DNA from: Abditibacteriaceae bacterium
GTDB taxonomy: Bacteria; Armatimonadota; Abditibacteriia; Abditibacteriales; Abditibacteriaceae
Reading direction: 5' to 3'
DNA: 64,000 nt
Assembly (NCBI GenBank): GCA_965277285.1
Contig: OZ255721.1
Coordinates: forward strand, 1,984,001-2,048,000
The notes under the pieces were generated by a model. That model did not search any database. It saw nothing but the letters and a program-made list of their open reading frames with translations, and was not told the DNA's origin. Positions within the stretch are counted from its first letter, which is position 1, and every line of letters begins with the position of its first letter. Of the stretch, positions 60,796 through 64,000 are shown piece after piece. Both the position numbers and the translations under genes were made by a program.

Positions 60796-63342
60796 TTGTC
60801 CGGTTTGATGTGTGGTCGTTGCGGACAACGCACGGCGCCCGATTCCTCATATTGCCCGCGTTGTCGCTGGGCGCTGGTCGGCACGCGCGCGTCGCTTTTC
60901 GCCGTGACGCAACTGGCCGATCAAAACGTCGCTGGTCAGACGCTGGACGTGGTCGGCAATGCTTTGCCGCCAGTCGAAAGTTCGGTAGCGATGCCGGAAA
61001 TTCCTTCGGGCGCCAGCGGCATGGTGGCGCGACGACGCGTCGATAAACAACGCTCCAATCTGGAGCGCGATATTCAAGCGATTGTTGAACCACGCATCGC
61101 TCAACTGGAAAAAACGCTGGAAGAAAAACCTGGCGATGCCACAACGCTGAGCGCGCTGGGCGTCATCAACCTGCTGCAAAACCACTTCGAGCGCGCTGTC
61201 GCCTACTTGCAACGCGCGCACGAACTCGCTCCAGGAGATTTGGAGACGACCATCAATCTGGGCATTGCGTTATCGCAACGCGGTCAAGTGCAGCCCGCTC
61301 TGACGCTTTTCAACGCCTTGCACGATCAGCATCCCGACGACCCCTCGATTCTTTTCAATCTGGCGCTGGTCGCTTTGCAGGCGCGTCGTGCGCCCGCCGT
61401 CCTCGAAGCCGCCAACGCGCTGGAAGAACTTTGGAAAAAGACGCCGTCGCTCTCGCCGGTTTATCACGACGACACGCTGACGGCGCGCGGTCTGGCTTTG
61501 TTGATGATGGACAAGCCGGAAGAAGCGCGCAAAACCCTGCAAGAAGCGGCGCGCCAGGGTCGTCATTCAAACCAGAATCCGGCAACCAATGGCGCATCGA
61601 GTACTGGAAATGCCGCTTCCAATTTGGCCAGCGATGAAGAAATGAAGGCTGCCGATTTCCAGGTCGAAGGAAAAAACGCCGAAGAAGAAGATGTCCTTAT
61701 GCTGGAAGGCGGTCAAAGCGCCGATTTCTTGAATAACTTAGCGTTGGCGGAAGTGGGCGTTGGCGCTTATGACAAAGCGCAATCGCACCTGAGCGCGGCG
61801 GTTCGCATCGAGCCTGGCAATGCGCGCGTCGATAGCAACCTGGGCGTTTTGGCATATCAGCGCGGCGAAGTCGGTTTCGCTTACAAAATGCTCGATCTGG
61901 CGCGTCAAATCGAGCAGCAGGCCTCGCAAACCGAAGCCTCGACGCACAACCATTTGGGCGTTGTGCTTTCGACAATGGGACGCACCGACGACGCTTGGCG
62001 TGAATTTGGCCTCGCCAGCGGTCACGAACGCGCCGACTTTGAAGTGTGGTACAACCTGGGGCGCGCCTACATCGAAAGCGGCAAGCCCGATCGCGCCATG
62101 AGCTTTTTGCGCCGCGCCTTTGCCGTCGAACCGCAAAATCCCGACTTGCATGCGACGCTTGGCACCGGTTATTTGCTGCGTGGAAACTTGCAAAACAGTT
62201 TGCTCGACGATGCCTTGAAGCACTTCAAGCGCGCTTTGCAAATTGATGGCAATCACTTCCCTTCGCTGCTTGGCTTGGCCATGACGTGCGCGCAAATGAA
62301 CAATGCACAAGGCGCGTTGGTCGTGCTGCATCAAACGCAAAAATTATATCCGCGTCGCATCGAAGTCTTGTTTCTGCGCGCTCTTTTCACTTTGACGCTG
62401 GAAAGCGATACCGAACGCGTGCCGCGCGCAGGAATGCAGTTCAATATGGTTTTTGCAGCTCAACCGGAATTATTGGCCGCCGATTATAATGCCGCGATTT
62501 GCCAATATATGATGGGAATGCAGGAAACGGCGATGCGGATGTTGGAAAAAGTTGTGCAACGCGATCCTTCTTTCGTTCCGGCCTATTACCTTATCGGCGT
62601 CGGTCATGCTATCGCCAAACATTACGATCAAGCGCTGACAGCTTGGAAAATTGCGTCGGTGCAAGATCCGGAAAACGTCGATGTTCACGCTGGTTTGGGG
62701 TTCGCTTATTACCAATTGGGCGATTGGGCCAATTCTTACAACGCGTTCGAGCGTGCCAGCCGCCTTTTGCCCTTGGATGCAGAAATCGCCGCGTGCTTAG
62801 GTTTAGCTTACGGTCGCGCGGGTGGCGAGTTGCGTAAGATGCGCTTGGCACGCGCCGAAAAACACGTCCTTATCAAAACACCTGGCGCTCAAGAACGCGA
62901 CGCGCAAGATTTGCGAACACAAACCGATTTGCTGAACCGTTCCATTGAGGCATTCAGTCGCAGCCTGCAATTGAAGCCTGGCAACGCCGTCACGCACTCG
63001 AACCTGGGTTTGTCCTACTTTTTTCAAAACAAAGTTGAAAACGCGGTCGAGCAATGGCGCATCGTTTCGCGCATCGACGCGCGTTACGCGATGGAGCGCG
63101 AAGAAGACCAGCAGACCAACTTCGACGATTCTCAGATGGCTTTGCGACCTTTGCGTTGGCGCGACATGATCGTCGGCATGATGCCGATTTTGCCGCCGCC
63201 GCACACGCGCCTCGTCCCTGGCTACAACGAACGCGCCTTTCGTCTGGCACTGTCCGACCCAGCTTTTCAACGCTTGCACACCTTGCACCGTCAACTCGAA
63301 CACACCACGCGCCTGCAATCGTGGATGAACGCCAAACACTGA
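60796..63342 (+). CDS. Multi-TPR protein with an N-terminal zinc ribbon
   Basis: CGRCG...CPRC followed by many TPRs (NLG...AL motifs). Confidence 0.88.
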   Translation: MSGLMCGRCGQRTAPDSSYCPRCRWALVGTRASLFAVTQLADQNVAGQTLDVVGNALPPVESSVAMPEIPSGASGMVARRRVDKQRSNLERDIQAIVEPRIAQLEKTLEEKPGDATTLSALGVINLLQNHFERAVAYLQRAHELAPGDLETTINLGIALSQRGQVQPALTLFNALHDQHPDDPSILFNLALVALQARRAPAVLEAANALEELWKKTPSLSPVYHDDTLTARGLALLMMDKPEEARKTLQEAARQGRHSNQNPATNGASSTGNAASNLASDEEMKAADFQVEGKNAEEEDVLMLEGGQSADFLNNLALAEVGVGAYDKAQSHLSAAVRIEPGNARVDSNLGVLAYQRGEVGFAYKMLDLARQIEQQASQTEASTHNHLGVVLSTMGRTDDAWREFGLASGHERADFEVWYNLGRAYIESGKPDRAMSFLRRAFAVEPQNPDLHATLGTGYLLRGNLQNSLLDDALKHFKRALQIDGNHFPSLLGLAMTCAQMNNAQGALVVLHQTQKLYPRRIEVLFLRALFTLTLESDTERVPRAGMQFNMVFAAQPELLAADYNAAICQYMMGMQETAMRMLEKVVQRDPSFVPAYYLIGVGHAIAKHYDQALTAWKIASVQDPENVDVHAGLGFAYYQLGDWANSYNAFERASRLLPLDAEIAACLGLAYGRAGGELRKMRLARAEKHVLIKTPGAQERDAQDLRTQTDLLNRSIEAFSRSLQLKPGNAVTHSNLGLSYFFQNKVENAVEQWRIVSRIDARYAMEREEDQQTNFDDSQMALRPLRWRDMIVGMMPILPPPHTRLVPGYNERAFRLALSDPAFQRLHTLHRQLEHTTRLQSWMNAKH

Positions 63343-63385
63343 TTTTTGTAGACTGCCCCAAAAACTACAACCTTCCTCATTCTGA

Positions 63386-64000
63386 GAGGGTGTATAGGAA
63401 TCACGCAAGCCTTCGGAGCATAAGCCGGATCATGGCGAGATAAATCCAGGTTTCACTTGATTTGACATTTTGCTCATAGTCTTTTGAAAGCCTTCGACAT
63501 CTTCCCAACCATGCAAAAGTTCTTTCGACAACCCAGCGACGCGGCAACGGCACGTAGCCTTTGTTTTCATATTGACGGTTCACCAGGGCATTGCGGCTTA
63601 TCACTCGGAGCGCAACGCCACAGTTTTCTCGCACCCAAGCCGCGAACTTGTGTCCCCAGTAGCCTGCATCCGCCCAAATCAACTGCAAACGTTGTGAAGG
63701 AAAGCGCCACAGGGCTTTGTCTTGCAAAAGTAATTTGGCTCCGTCACGCTCTTGAACGTTGGCAGCATGAACACACACTTGCAACAACAAGCCGTTGGTA
63801 TCCACCAGAATATGACGCTTGCGCCCTTTTATTTTCTTGGCTGCATCAAAGCCTTTTGGCCCCCTTTTTCTGTGGTTTTGACGCTCTGGCTGTCCAGAAT
63901 CGCTGCGCTGGGCGCCTCATCCCGTCCATCGGCCTGGCGCACTTGAGAACGCAACGAACTGTGGATACCTTCGAGAGTGCCGTTGTCACGCCAGCGCCGG
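63386..64000 (-). mobile_element. IS5-family (IS1031-like) insertion sequence, truncated by the window edge; transposase split by a -1 frameshift
   Basis: [14 protein letters not shown] / [30 protein letters not shown] and [11 protein letters not shown]...RRLSKDYE motifs; terminal GAGGGTGTATA at 63386 next to a TNA-type triplet at 63383-63385. Confidence 0.92.

Larger units (their letters stand above)
1367..61608. repeat. Dispersed highly iterated palindrome TCGAGTACTCGA (at least 47 perfect and about 22 one-mismatch copies)
   Basis: Perfect copies start at 1367, 2473, 5101, 7552, 8398, 9295, 10448, 12056, 12846, 13839, 16848, 18667, 20420, 23079, 23635, 24983, 25685, 26869, 27592, 28657, 30312, 31142, 32110, 33344, 33844, 36246, 36442, 38583, 39291, 40242, 41448, 42066, 44441, 46087, 47611, 49336, 50166, 50629, 51017, 52020, 53187, 54498, 54835, 55294, 56537, 58980 and 60686 (manual count). 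Confidence 0.98.

Overview
A 64-kb piece of a bacterial chromosome, mostly housekeeping genes. A TonB-dependent receptor implies an outer membrane; the gene style is loosely compatible with Armatimonadota/Abditibacteriota, but this is a low-confidence inference. Contents: an Hsp70 paralogue with a J-like partner, a Zn-ribbon-rich Ser/Thr kinase, panC/panB, a PilC-family protein, an RpoD-like sigma factor, rho, hpt, guaA/guaB, a partial dcw cluster (mraZ-rsmH-ftsL-ftsI-murE-murF-mraY-murD-ftsW-murG), a cobalamin riboswitch with btuB and pduO, acpS, wecA-like, wecB, uppP, two tRNAs, two nonsense-interrupted genes and an IS5-family element at the right edge. The strongest signal is not a gene. 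The 12-bp palindrome TCGAGTACTCGA (usually W-TCGAGTACTCGA-W) occurs in at least 47 perfect and about 22 single-mismatch copies by manual count. Copies sit in most intergenic gaps, inside essential genes in all three reading frames (SSTR, RVL[D/E], EYS), and inside the riboswitch. It looks like a highly iterated palindrome or chromosome-wide binding-site system that I do not recognise as described. Several REP/MITE-like inverted-repeat families are also present, and some supply gene stop codons.
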